A stretch of DNA of 16,964 nucleotides from Promethearchaeota archaeon (GCA_018238625.1 JABCSY010000090.1:1-16964), one strand, 5' to 3'; counted from the first letter of the stretch, positions 1 to 8,829 are shown. Notes: generated by a model not told the origin, from the sequence alone. Translations and numbers: made by a program.

Positions 1-399
1 GGCATGAAGATTGGTGGGTCTCATAAATGGATCTACAACGACGGAAAATGGACTGAAACGAAAACCGCTCCAACGAAATGGACAATTAACTTTAATAGTG
101 CAAAAACAAGAGTAAATCCAGCGCCATATAATTCAGGGGCTAAGATTGGCACAAAATTTCATTGGTACATTATTGCCGATCAAATCGCGACTAAACTAAA
201 TAAAGATTCTTATATGACGCAATTGAAAGGTATTAAATATAAAATTGGTCATAAGCGTCCTCAATGGCGCACTTTTAGTTACAATTATCCCGAGCAAAAT
301 TCGTACAAAGAACGAGTCATAAAAATATTAGAAGAAATTCTTAACAAATTAAAGAATGAAAATTTACCTAAAAACGACTCAATAGCTCGGTTTATTTAA
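1..399 (+). CDS. Conserved hypothetical protein, probably 5'-truncated by the window edge
   Basis: The frame is open from base 1 (GGC ATG AAG = G-M-K). Motifs GMKIGGSHKWxY, GTxFHWYIxA and GxKYKxxHKR resemble a Trp-rich uncharacterised family I recall from bacteria and archaea. No function can be assigned. Confidence 0.75.
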   Translation, partial: GMKIGGSHKWIYNDGKWTETKTAPTKWTINFNSAKTRVNPAPYNSGAKIGTKFHWYIIADQIATKLNKDSYMTQLKGIKYKIGHKRPQWRTFSYNYPEQNSYKERVIKILEEILNKLKNENLPKNDSIARFI

Positions 400-1063
400 T
401 GAAATTTAATTGATATACAAACCAATTGCCGAAACCTTCGGAAAAATCCAGACCAGCTTCTTTTGCCCATTTTTTTTCAGTCCTTCTTAGGGGATAATCA
501 GGATCGATAAATAATTCGCTAAATGAAACGATTCCCTCAGGTTTTAATACTCTTTTTAATTCCATGAGTGCTTGAACCGGATTTGGAATTTCTGGTAAAC
601 AAGCAATAGCAAAAATCCTATCTATGCTCTCATTTTCAAATGTAAGATTGTATATGTCATTGATCATTGGTATAATATTTTTTATCTCTTCTTTATCAAG
701 TCTTTGTTTTAAACGATTAATGACACTTTTTTGAATATCGATAGCGTAAACTTCTCCATCTGGTAGAATTTTACTAGCGACTGCTTTAGTATAATTTCCT
801 TTTCCTGGACCAATCTCAATTACTTTCATGCCAGGTTGTAAGTTCATTCGTTCAGCAATTAAATGAGGTTTTTGGATGAATCTCCTTCGAATTGGATTAT
901 CAATTATTCGTGTCATGAATGCGGGAATGGGAAAAGGATGAATTTTTCTTACAATCTTTGCAAAAACCAATATATAGAATAATAAAATTACTATTACAAT
1001 CACGGTAATAGAACAAATATCTCCTAGAACTAATCCTATATTTAAAATCATATGATACACCAT
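392..1063 (-). CDS. Class I SAM-dependent methyltransferase with N-terminal transmembrane helix
   Basis: Motif I VIEIGPGKG, acidic post-I YAIDI, SIDRIF and the UbiE-like ELKRVLKPEG motif. Hydrophobic N-terminal stretch ITVIVIVILLFYILVF. The start may be the ATG at 1051. Confidence 0.9.
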   Translation of the reverse strand: MVYHMILNIGLVLGDICSITVIVIVILLFYILVFAKIVRKIHPFPIPAFMTRIIDNPIRRRFIQKPHLIAERMNLQPGMKVIEIGPGKGNYTKAVASKILPDGEVYAIDIQKSVINRLKQRLDKEEIKNIIPMINDIYNLTFENESIDRIFAIACLPEIPNPVQALMELKRVLKPEGIVSFSELFIDPDYPLRRTEKKWAKEAGLDFSEGFGNWFVYQLNFIK

Positions 1064-1094
1064 AAAAGAATTATCGATTATATTAATTCTTTAA

Positions 1095-1141
1095 TTTTAT
1101 CTTTTCATTTTATTCTAAAAAATTTGAAAAGGAAATTATTT
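1095..1141 (+). repeat. Degenerate 47-bp direct repeat, left copy, flanking the MNT-HEPN module
   Basis: ttttatcttttcattttattctaaaaaatttgaaaaggaaattattt aligns ungapped to 2108-2154 with 37/47 identity (hand count). Confidence 0.65.
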
Positions 1142-1185
1142 ACAAAAAATATATTTACTTGAAAGGACATTAGAATAATTATAGA

Positions 1186-1605
1186 ATGAATAGTGAAGAA
1201 ATAAAGAAAGTTTTAGAGGAAATTTTATTAGATAAAGAAGAAATAGTCGCTTCTTATCTTTATGGTTCTGTAATATATAGTAATTTTTATGAAGATATAG
1301 ATGTTGGATTACTCGTTACTGATTTATTTAAGCCTAAACTAATGTATGAAGCAATAATTGCGGGAGAATTAGAAAAAAAGCTTAAAGAAATTTTAAAAAT
1401 TAATAAACCGGTAGATGTAAGAATATTAAATGATAGACCTTTAAGGTTTCTATTTTCAATACTTAAAAATTCTAAGATTATCTGCTCGCAAGATGATTTC
1501 AAGAGAGTTCAGTTTGAAGCAAGGATTATGAAAGAATATTTAGACATTAAACCTTATTTTGAAATTTACGATAATATGAGAGAGTTGAGATATGCAAATA
1601 AATAA
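1186..1605 (+). CDS. mntA: Minimal nucleotidyltransferase (MNT) antitoxin, type VII TA
   Basis: YLYGS-x8-DID catalytic motif plus VDVRILN third Asp, 139 aa. It overlaps the downstream HEPN gene by 14 bp. Confidence 0.9.
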   Translation: MNSEEIKKVLEEILLDKEEIVASYLYGSVIYSNFYEDIDVGLLVTDLFKPKLMYEAIIAGELEKKLKEILKINKPVDVRILNDRPLRFLFSILKNSKIICSQDDFKRVQFEARIMKEYLDIKPYFEIYDNMRELRYANK

Positions 1606-2020
1606 AGTTTTAATATCTGATAAAATTGATGTCATTGAGAGAAATTTAAGCTTTTTAAATCAATATAAAGAGAAAAATGAAACTGAACTTTTAAATAGTT
1701 ATAAAGATATTCAAGCTATTAAGTATTCTTTATTTGAAATAATTGAAGCTTGTATTGATATTGCTTCACATATTATTTCCATTAGAGCTTTTCAAAGAGC
1801 AGAAAGTTATGCTGAAATGTTTGAGATTCTTGGTAAAAATGCTATTATTGGAACTAAATTAAGTATTAATTTATCTAATATGGCAAGATTTAGAAATATC
1901 CTTGTTCATGGATATGCAAAAATTGATAATTCTAAAGTTCTTTCATTTGCAAAAGATGAACTAAAAGATGTTGAAGATTTTATTAAGAAAATATTGGAGC
2001 TTATAAAAAATCAAAACTAA
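1592..2020 (+). CDS. hepT: HEPN/DUF86 RNase toxin, type VII TA
   Basis: RNILVHGY matches the Rx4HxY HEPN motif. It also carries EACIDIASHII and ESYAEMFEIL, typical of DUF86. Confidence 0.92.
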   Translation: MQINKVLISDKIDVIERNLSFLNQYKEKNETELLNSYKDIQAIKYSLFEIIEACIDIASHIISIRAFQRAESYAEMFEILGKNAIIGTKLSINLSNMARFRNILVHGYAKIDNSKVLSFAKDELKDVEDFIKKILELIKNQN

Positions 2021-2107
2021 TATTTAACGCTTCAAATCGTTTGACAGATTTAATCTTTAAAAAGTTAGAAATACACCAATTAGTTATTGTATAGTTTAAG
2101 AATTTTT

Positions 2108-2154
2108 TTTTATCCTATAACTTTATTTCAAATAATTTAAAATGGAAATGATTT
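2108..2154 (+). repeat. Degenerate 47-bp direct repeat, right copy, running into the probable BRE/TATA of the DUF2156 gene
   Basis: ttttatcctataactttatttcaaataatttaaaatggaaatgattt. TTTTAATAA at 2152-2160 lies about 20 nt before the ATG at 2181. Confidence 0.65.
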
Positions 2155-2180
2155 TAATAACTTTTAATTTATTCATATTT

Positions 2181-3110
2181 ATGGACTTAAGCACTGCGAA
2201 AGAAATCAAACTTGAAGATAAAGGTTTGTTCGAGAAATATTTTCAGAATTATCCTCCTCAAACATCTGAATTCACTTTTACGAATCTATACATGTGGAGG
2301 AATTTTTACGGATTATTTTTTATGGAATGGGAAGAGCACCTTCTACTCTTTTCGCGTGATATCTTTAAGAAAAGGAAAGCCACGATGTCCGGAAGCGATA
2401 AAACATTATTTTTTTTCACTCCAATCGGTCCAAAACCTGCTAATGTAATTATTGCTCTGTTCGAAAGTTTTAATGAAATTGAATTTCACAGGGTACCAGA
2501 GCAGGTTACTGAAAATCTTAGGAAACACGAAAAGTTTCCGGCTTTAAATATTGAGATTTTTGAAGATCGAGATAATTGGGACTATGTATACGAGGGAGAG
2601 AACCTTAGAAATCTACCTGGTAATCGCTACCGTCAAAATAGAAGGTGGCTAAACAAGTTTTTAGAAAATTACGACTATAAATTTGAAATATTAACGGAGG
2701 ACGAAGTTGCTAAGACCAAGAAACTACAGTTGGAGTGGTGTATTCTTAGAGAATGCGAAGACGACGAAGGTTTGGAACAAGAAGAGAAAGCCATTTACGA
2801 CGCCTTAGACAATTTTTCTGCGTTAGGTTTTCAAGGAGCGTTAATTTGCGTTAATGACAAATGCGTCGCTTATACATATGGAGAAATGTTAAATTCAGAC
2901 ACGCTCGTGATACATATTGAGAAAGCACATATGGAATATGAAGGTGCGTATCAAGCGATTAGCAATCTGTTTTTAAAAAGTAGTTTTAAGAGTGCTATGT
3001 TCGTTAATCGAGAGCAAGATTTAGGGGTTCCAGGTCTACGTAGAGCAAAAGAATCGTACAAACCAATTCATATGGTCCAAAAGAGCATACTATATCGAAA
3101 AACACAGTAA
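2181..3110 (+). CDS. Stand-alone DUF2156 protein (phosphatidylglycerol lysyltransferase C-terminal/GNAT-like domain)
   Basis: Family motifs SEFTFTNLYMW, RDNWDYVY, HIEKA, GAYQAI and NREQDLGVPGLRRAKESYKP. The ATG at 2181 is preferred over 2142 because the intervening sequence is promoter-like. Confidence 0.88.
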   Translation: MDLSTAKEIKLEDKGLFEKYFQNYPPQTSEFTFTNLYMWRNFYGLFFMEWEEHLLLFSRDIFKKRKATMSGSDKTLFFFTPIGPKPANVIIALFESFNEIEFHRVPEQVTENLRKHEKFPALNIEIFEDRDNWDYVYEGENLRNLPGNRYRQNRRWLNKFLENYDYKFEILTEDEVAKTKKLQLEWCILRECEDDEGLEQEEKAIYDALDNFSALGFQGALICVNDKCVAYTYGEMLNSDTLVIHIEKAHMEYEGAYQAISNLFLKSSFKSAMFVNREQDLGVPGLRRAKESYKPIHMVQKSILYRKTQ

Positions 3111-3230
3111 ATAATTATTGGCTTTATGAAAGTTTAAATATTATTTTTAAATTGTAGAAGTTAAGTAGATATAATTAATATATATGAATTTACATATAAT
3201 ACAAAAGAAACGAAATTAATGTGATTTATA

Positions 3231-4928
3231 ATGTCAGACGAAGAAAGCTACAATAAGCAAGTAAAAGAAGACAAAGTAGGGAATTTATTAGGGAAAACCA
3301 CTACACACTCGGTACAAGTACAATTTTCTGACCCAACAATCGAACGAAATTCTTATTTTGTAATCTATGGAGATAAGGACGAAGAGGGAATAAGAACTTA
3401 CTATGTGCTAAATATTGAGAAGTTATGGAGCGAATCAAAAGGGATGCTTGCGAACCTGAAGGTATGTGGAGATAGACCAAAAAGACCGTTTGAAATAGGT
3501 TCAGAAGTTTATCGCGCATCTGAAATTCAAATTACTAAATTATTAGGAATTTATAACCTGCCTGAAGAATCCGTCTCTCTTGGAAAGCTGATAGGCTATC
3601 CATTTGATGTTAACCTATTAGTCAAAAATTTTGGAAGAATATTCGTTACGGGGAAGTCTGGAAGCGGAAAGTCGTATACAATGGGTGTATTATGCGAAGA
3701 GTTTATGAAAAAAGGTATTCCAATCGTAATTCTAGACAGACACGGTGAGTACGGGAGCTTGAAAGTACTTGCGGGAGAAAGTGAAGATAGTGAAGGAATT
3801 AAAAAAGAAAGCGAATTTGTTAATAGTATCATCGAATATTCTGATTTAAGCGTTAACAAAGGAGGAGATATCGATGTAGAGTATCTATTTTCGTTAGATC
3901 CCACGGATATTGTTGCTCCACATCTATGTACAATTATCAATATGAGAGGTATGGATTTAAACGTACAAGAAATGGTTGCTGGTAAGCTTCTCAAAAAATT
4001 ATACCAGGCAAGTACAAGTAGAAGAATTCCTCCGTTTTACTTACTACTTGACGAGGCTCACTTGTTTGCTGGAAAAAAACAAACCGAAACGTGTGAAATT
4101 GTAAAACTTTTCTCACAAGAAGGTCGTAAATTCGGTGCAAATTTAATCATCGGTACTCAAAGACCTCAATTGTTAGATACAACTATTCGCGCCCAAGCTG
4201 GTACTTGGGTGGTTCATAACCTTACTGATATACGAGATATTGATGTTACGATTTCGAGCGCAGAAGATTTAACTCGAAGTAATAAAACGGATATTCAAGG
4301 GTTAGATAAAGGTGAGGGAATTATTTGTGGAGAAGCAATAAAAGGCATACCTCTATTCGTAAAAGTACGTAAAAGACTTACTGCTCATGGAGGAGTTGGT
4401 TTCAACCCACTAGACTTCCTTCCAAAACAAACTATAGAAGAGCTACAAAAACGGAAGCAAGAAATTTTAGGAGATAAAAGCGCTAACGAATTAGAAACTG
4501 GGAAAAGTATTTTTGAGGAAATTACCGCTCCTAAAACTTCAGCAGAATATTTAGATCAGATTGGCTACTTAAAAGTCAGAATTAAAGAGTTAGAAGAAGA
4601 AGTAGACATTTTAAAAGGAAGAATATTAGATGTTGAAGAAGGAACAGGAGGTCCACTCTCTATTAGTCAAATAACAGATAATGATGACATTGAGGAGCTC
4701 CAAACAGAAATAAAGGTATGGACAGAAAAGTACAATTACCTTAAGGAATCCATGGAAAATCCAGATGCAGTGTTATCTTCAGGTGAGGGAAGCGGTGAAC
4801 TGATTCTCGAACTTCAAAACAAAACGATAGAATTAGAAGCTAACGTTCAGAAATATAGGTCTCAATATACCGACGCCTTACTCTTAGCCGAAAAAGCTAT
4901 CAAGGAATTAAAGAAGCGAAAAAAGTAA
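3231..4928 (+). CDS. HerA/FtsK-superfamily (DUF87) ATPase with N-terminal HAS-barrel-like domain and C-terminal coiled coil
   Basis: Walker A GKSGSGKS, LDRHGEY, Walker B LLLDEAH, arginine-finger region EGRKFG and TQRP. Heptad-rich tail from about nt 4539. Confidence 0.88.
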   Translation: MSDEESYNKQVKEDKVGNLLGKTTTHSVQVQFSDPTIERNSYFVIYGDKDEEGIRTYYVLNIEKLWSESKGMLANLKVCGDRPKRPFEIGSEVYRASEIQITKLLGIYNLPEESVSLGKLIGYPFDVNLLVKNFGRIFVTGKSGSGKSYTMGVLCEEFMKKGIPIVILDRHGEYGSLKVLAGESEDSEGIKKESEFVNSIIEYSDLSVNKGGDIDVEYLFSLDPTDIVAPHLCTIINMRGMDLNVQEMVAGKLLKKLYQASTSRRIPPFYLLLDEAHLFAGKKQTETCEIVKLFSQEGRKFGANLIIGTQRPQLLDTTIRAQAGTWVVHNLTDIRDIDVTISSAEDLTRSNKTDIQGLDKGEGIICGEAIKGIPLFVKVRKRLTAHGGVGFNPLDFLPKQTIEELQKRKQEILGDKSANELETGKSIFEEITAPKTSAEYLDQIGYLKVRIKELEEEVDILKGRILDVEEGTGGPLSISQITDNDDIEELQTEIKVWTEKYNYLKESMENPDAVLSSGEGSGELILELQNKTIELEANVQKYRSQYTDALLLAEKAIKELKKRKK

Positions 4929-5129
4929 TTTTTTAACAATATTTTATTCTTATTTTGATTTTTAAATTCTAAAAATCTTAACTATTTTTTAAAAATTTAT
5001 AGCCTATTCACTCAAACTGGATTGTCTACCAGAGCTTTAAAAAGTTTTAACTTTGATTTTAAGTTTATAATTTATTACTGTAAAATTTAATAATTGTGAA
5101 TTAGTATTCTTAAATGGTGTTTTTTAAAA

Positions 5130-5792
5130 ATGTCAGATAGAGGAATACCTTTGTTAGGAGATAAATTTCCAGAAATGGATGTAATGACGACTCATGGAAT
5201 GATGAAGCTACCCGACGATGCAAATGAAGGCGGGAAATGGTGGTTTGTTTTATTTAGTCATCCTGCTGATTTCACTCCTGTTTGCACTACGGAGTTTTAT
5301 GCCTTTGCTAAACGAAATGAACAATTTCAAGCAATAAACACAAGATTAATAGGACTTTCAATAGATCAAGTATTCGCTCATATAAAATGGATGGAATGGA
5401 TTAAAGAAAACCTTGATATGGAAATACCTTTTCCAATAATTGCTGATCATGGAAAAGTAGCAAATATGTTGGGAATGGTCCACCCTGGAAAGGGCGCGAG
5501 TACTGTTAGAGCGGTGTTCATTGTGGATGCTGATGCGATCATTAGAATAATTCTTTACTATCCCCAAGAAATTGGAAGAAACATGGACGAGATATTAAGA
5601 TGTGTAAAAGCTTTACAACTTGCTAGCATAGAAAAAGTAGCTACGCCAGCAAACTGGCCCAACAACGAATTATTTGGCGACCATGTAATCATTCCCCCAG
5701 CAACAGATGTAAAGACAGCAAAAGAAAGACTGGCCAATGCTGGAAAAGACTATGAATGTCTTGATTGGTGGCTATGTCATAAAAAACTATAA
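5130..5792 (+). CDS. Peroxiredoxin (Prx6 subfamily, archaeal 3-Cys type)
   Basis: [15 protein letters not shown] peroxidatic motif, [22 protein letters not shown] and C-terminal CLDWWLC. Confidence 0.96.
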   Translation: MSDRGIPLLGDKFPEMDVMTTHGMMKLPDDANEGGKWWFVLFSHPADFTPVCTTEFYAFAKRNEQFQAINTRLIGLSIDQVFAHIKWMEWIKENLDMEIPFPIIADHGKVANMLGMVHPGKGASTVRAVFIVDADAIIRIILYYPQEIGRNMDEILRCVKALQLASIEKVATPANWPNNELFGDHVIIPPATDVKTAKERLANAGKDYECLDWWLCHKKL

Positions 5793-5810
5793 TCTATTAA
5801 TTACCAATTC

Positions 5811-5821
5811 TTTTTTTTTTT
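5811..5821 (+). terminator. Oligo-T archaeal-type terminator after the peroxiredoxin gene
   Basis: Run of 11 T starting 19 nt after the stop codon. Confidence 0.6.
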
Positions 5822-5862
5822 GTATTAAAAAAGTCATCAAACCCTCTATTTCGAGGAGCAGT

Positions 5863-5878
5863 AAATCAATATTGATTT
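5863..5878. promoter_or_regulatory. Perfect 16-bp palindrome, possible operator upstream of the M42 peptidase
   Basis: AAATCAATATTGATTT is its own reverse complement and lies about 100 bp upstream of the start. Confidence 0.35.
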
Positions 5879-5976
5879 TTAAGTTATTAGATTTTATATA
5901 CTATAAAAATAACTGAAACTTATTATTAGTTATACGGTTATTTAAGTTAAAATTAAATTAACAAAGAGGATTGACG

Positions 5977-7044
5977 ATGAATATCGAGAGCATAAAAGTT
6001 CTTCAAAAAGAATTATCTTCGCTTATCGGAGTTTCTGGCTATGAAGATGACGTAAGTGATTATATTTTGAAAAAGATAGAAAAAGAAAGCTTAGCTGACA
6101 AGGTTTGGAAAGATAATTTGGGTAATATACTAGCTGTAAAAGAGGGTACTGAGGGAAACAACAGAATTCTATTGGATGCACATACTGATGAGATTGGATT
6201 TATGATTTCTCACATCGAAAATAAAGGGTTCTTACGATTTGTTCCCATTGGGGGTTGGGATAAGAGAATTCTATTGGGGCAAACAGTAGTGATACGATCT
6301 GGTCCAGGAGAAATCCATCGTGGCATTATTGGATCTAAGCCACCGCACCTTACCTCTTTAAACGAGAGAAAGAAGATTGTTGAAATCTCAGATATGTATA
6401 TTGATGTCGGGATGGGTTCAAAAGAGGAAGTAAACAAAAATAATATTGTTATAGGAACCACCGGTACGCTTTTCTCTCCTTATGTAGAGTTCCCAAATAA
6501 TATGGTTCGCGGTAAAGCGTTCGACGATCGCACTGGTTGTAATGTACTCCTTCACATCATGAAAATGTTGAAAGAAGGAGCGCCTGTTAAAGATACTTTG
6601 CTTTTTAATTTTGCAGTGCAAGAAGAAGTAGGAGGAAGAGGCGCGATCACAGGGGCATTTACCCTTAAACCAACCGTTGCCATTGCTATCGAAAACACAA
6701 CTGCCGCCGATGTTCCGGGTATTAAAGAAGCAGAAATTCCAGCTTACATCGGGAAAGGCCCAGCAATCACAATAGCGGATAGATCAATAATTTCTAGTCC
6801 TAAAGTTAACGAAAGACTCGTGAAAAATGCTGAACATGAAAAAATCCCTTATCAATTTAAGAAACCTATATATGGCGGGACTGATGCAGGTAAGATTCAT
6901 ATTTCCCGAGAAGGTGTTCCAAGTTCAGTTGTATCTGTTCCTTGTAGATATATCCATTCCCCCACATCTTTGCTTAAATTAGAGGATATTCTTAATACAA
7001 TTCGTTTAATTGATGCATTTATTCGAAATTCTGCTAATATTTAG
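5977..7044 (+). CDS. M42 family (TET-like) metallo-aminopeptidase
   Basis: Metal-ligand motifs DAHTDEIG, KAFDDR, VQEEVG, GGTDAG and RYIHSP. An alternative TTG start lies at 5971, and AGAGGA precedes the start. Confidence 0.95.
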   Translation: MNIESIKVLQKELSSLIGVSGYEDDVSDYILKKIEKESLADKVWKDNLGNILAVKEGTEGNNRILLDAHTDEIGFMISHIENKGFLRFVPIGGWDKRILLGQTVVIRSGPGEIHRGIIGSKPPHLTSLNERKKIVEISDMYIDVGMGSKEEVNKNNIVIGTTGTLFSPYVEFPNNMVRGKAFDDRTGCNVLLHIMKMLKEGAPVKDTLLFNFAVQEEVGGRGAITGAFTLKPTVAIAIENTTAADVPGIKEAEIPAYIGKGPAITIADRSIISSPKVNERLVKNAEHEKIPYQFKKPIYGGTDAGKIHISREGVPSSVVSVPCRYIHSPTSLLKLEDILNTIRLIDAFIRNSANI

Positions 7045-7045
7045 A

Positions 7046-7052
7046 GTAAAGA
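7046..7052 (+). repeat. Target site duplication, left (GTAAAGA)
   Basis: Identical to 8830-8836 and directly abuts the TGT terminus. Confidence 0.85.
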
Positions 7053-7151
7053 TGTGATCCGTAATTAAAAAACGTCACAAAATCTGTAATTTATTGCCAT
7101 TTATTAGGTTATTGACCACAAGTCATCTGTAATTAAAAATGTCAGTAAATT
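7053..7151 (+). repeat. Left end with repeated putative transposase-binding sites
   Basis: tgtgatccgtaattaaaaaacgtcacaaaat (7053-7083) recurs as agtcatctgtaattaaaaatgtcagtaaat (7121-7150). TGTCAGTAAATT (7140-7151) is a perfect inverse of 8798-8809. Confidence 0.75.
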
Positions 7152-7363
7152 CTCTTTTTTTTTAATGCTTTTTATCTCTTCTATTTTGACAATAAATGTA
7201 TTGTCGTTTTTCTTTTAAGTGACATTTTTAAAGTGAGAGGTAACTTAGGATAAAGGGTTTTAAATGAGAGTGTATGACCTAAATCGTATTTTCTTTAAAT
7301 AAGAGCTTAAGGTATACGATATTTAACTAAAATCTACGATAAAAGATGTATTTGTGAGAAATT

Positions 7364-8689
7364 ATGAAAAAAAGCATAAAAGAATCAAATCGTGAAGAAG
7401 CTCGAGAATTCCGTCATAATAGGGGACTATCAATTAAAGAACTTGCATCTCACTATGGAAAATCGGAGAGAACAATCTATAGATGGCTAAACGATCGTAA
7501 TAAGAAGAATTCACCCGATCAACAGAATCAGAAGATAAAGCATAAACGAGTTAGGAAATATCCTCCTGAGATTTTTACCCGTATTGTAGAGTTCAAGAAA
7601 GAGATACCTCAGAGAAGCGCTCCAATAGTATGGAAGTTACTTAAAAAAGAGTTTCCTAACGCTACACCCTCCCTTTCAACGATTTATAAATATTTTCATG
7701 AACAGGGGCTAGTGTATAAGAATAGAAATCGACGACAAGGATACATAAAATTTGAACGATCCAAACCAAATGATCTCTGGCAAATCGATATCGCCGGAGT
7801 TCAAACTGTAGGACACTTGGAAAAACTCTATTTAATTGCCTTACTTGACGATAATTCAAGATTTATCGTGGCGGCAGAATACTTTAAAGACCAAAAGGGA
7901 ATAAACGTCATAAAAGTTATACGGAATGCGGTGTTAGCATATGGAAGACCAAATCAGATTCTTGCGGATAACGGAACCCAATTTAAGAATCTAATCGGCG
8001 AATTAGGAACAAAATATACTAAATTATTAGAGATCTTAAACGTCAAACCGATTTTTGCTAAACCCTACCATCCTCAGACTAAAGGAAAGCTTGAGAGATG
8101 GTTTGGAACCGTGAAACAGATGTTTCTGGGAGAAGCTCGATTCAAAGTAAAACAAAATCCTGATTATTCTTTGACTGATTTCAACCAAATCTTTAAAAAT
8201 TGGGTGGAGTGGTACAATACAGAAAAGCCTCATCGAAGTATGCCTGGAAATAATCCTCCTATAAAGAGATATTTTGATACCGAAGATCGATTTTTTAGGC
8301 CTCTTCAAGCTAACGTGAATTGGAACCGTTGGCTTCACGAGATCGAGCAGAGAAAAGTCAATAAATACAATGAGATCCATTATAAATCGCAAAAATTTCA
8401 CGTTCCTCCAGGCTACTCTGGGACACGAGTTGAGGTGATTGAATACGAAGATAAAATAGAATTATACTATAGAGATCAGCTGATTATAACCCATTCTTAC
8501 AACGTGCCAATAAACCAAAAGAAAAAAATACGGAAAATAACTCATAATGGGACTATCAAGTATAAGGGAAATCTTTATACCATCGATTATAAATTATCAG
8601 GTAAGACCGTAGAGGTTCAAGAAATTAACGACGGAAAGAACATCTTGGTCTACCTGAAGGGAGTACTACTAAAAACATTAGATCTTTAA
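7364..8689 (+). CDS. DDE transposase (rve integrase core; IS481/Mu-like)
   Basis: Two N-terminal HTH motifs. Catalytic D (WQID), D (ADNGTQF) and E (GKLERWF). YNTEKPHRS, followed by two tandem Mu-transposase-C-like beta domains. Confidence 0.93.
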   Translation: MKKSIKESNREEAREFRHNRGLSIKELASHYGKSERTIYRWLNDRNKKNSPDQQNQKIKHKRVRKYPPEIFTRIVEFKKEIPQRSAPIVWKLLKKEFPNATPSLSTIYKYFHEQGLVYKNRNRRQGYIKFERSKPNDLWQIDIAGVQTVGHLEKLYLIALLDDNSRFIVAAEYFKDQKGINVIKVIRNAVLAYGRPNQILADNGTQFKNLIGELGTKYTKLLEILNVKPIFAKPYHPQTKGKLERWFGTVKQMFLGEARFKVKQNPDYSLTDFNQIFKNWVEWYNTEKPHRSMPGNNPPIKRYFDTEDRFFRPLQANVNWNRWLHEIEQRKVNKYNEIHYKSQKFHVPPGYSGTRVEVIEYEDKIELYYRDQLIITHSYNVPINQKKKIRKITHNGTIKYKGNLYTIDYKLSGKTVEVQEINDGKNILVYLKGVLLKTLDL

Positions 8690-8769
8690 GATCTAATGCT
8701 AAATCCTTTTTATTTTATTTTAATTGAAATATCACGTAGAAAATATGAGTAGAAAAATCCGCAGATTAG

Positions 8770-8829
8770 TGACATAAATTGACAAAATTAAAGTACAAAT
8801 TTACTGACAAAAATATAGTACATACAACA
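8770..8829 (-). repeat. Right end with tandem 18-bp sites
   Basis: tgacaaaattaaagtaca (8780-8797) and tgacaaaaatatagtaca (8805-8822) occur at a 25-bp period, with an extra TGACA at 8770. Confidence 0.78.

Larger units (their letters stand above)
7053..8829 (+). mobile_element. Complete insertion sequence, IS481/Mu-like DDE type, 1777 bp
   Basis: Starts TGT and ends ACA. The ends align in register as an imperfect inverted repeat (26/43 ungapped). It has a 7-bp TSD and a single intact transposase. Confidence 0.88.

Noticed and set aside
2022-2070. Possible integron attC after the HEPN gene (ATTTAAC ... GTTAGAA)
   Set aside because: It is only 49 bp, R' is imperfect, the inner hairpin is asymmetrically placed, and there is no second site or integrase.
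2111-2133. dif/Xer-like site (TTATTTCAAAT arm, also at 14751-14761)
   Set aside because: No partner arm lies at the required 6-bp spacing in either place, and the 11-mer is AT-rich.
5061-5080. PerR/Fur-like box upstream of the peroxiredoxin
   Set aside because: Only a half-match in very AT-rich DNA, indistinguishable from a TATA element.
5130-5860. Selenoprotein peroxiredoxin or SECIS element
   Set aside because: The peroxidatic residue is a TGC Cys, there is no in-frame TGA, and only a 4-bp hairpin lies downstream.
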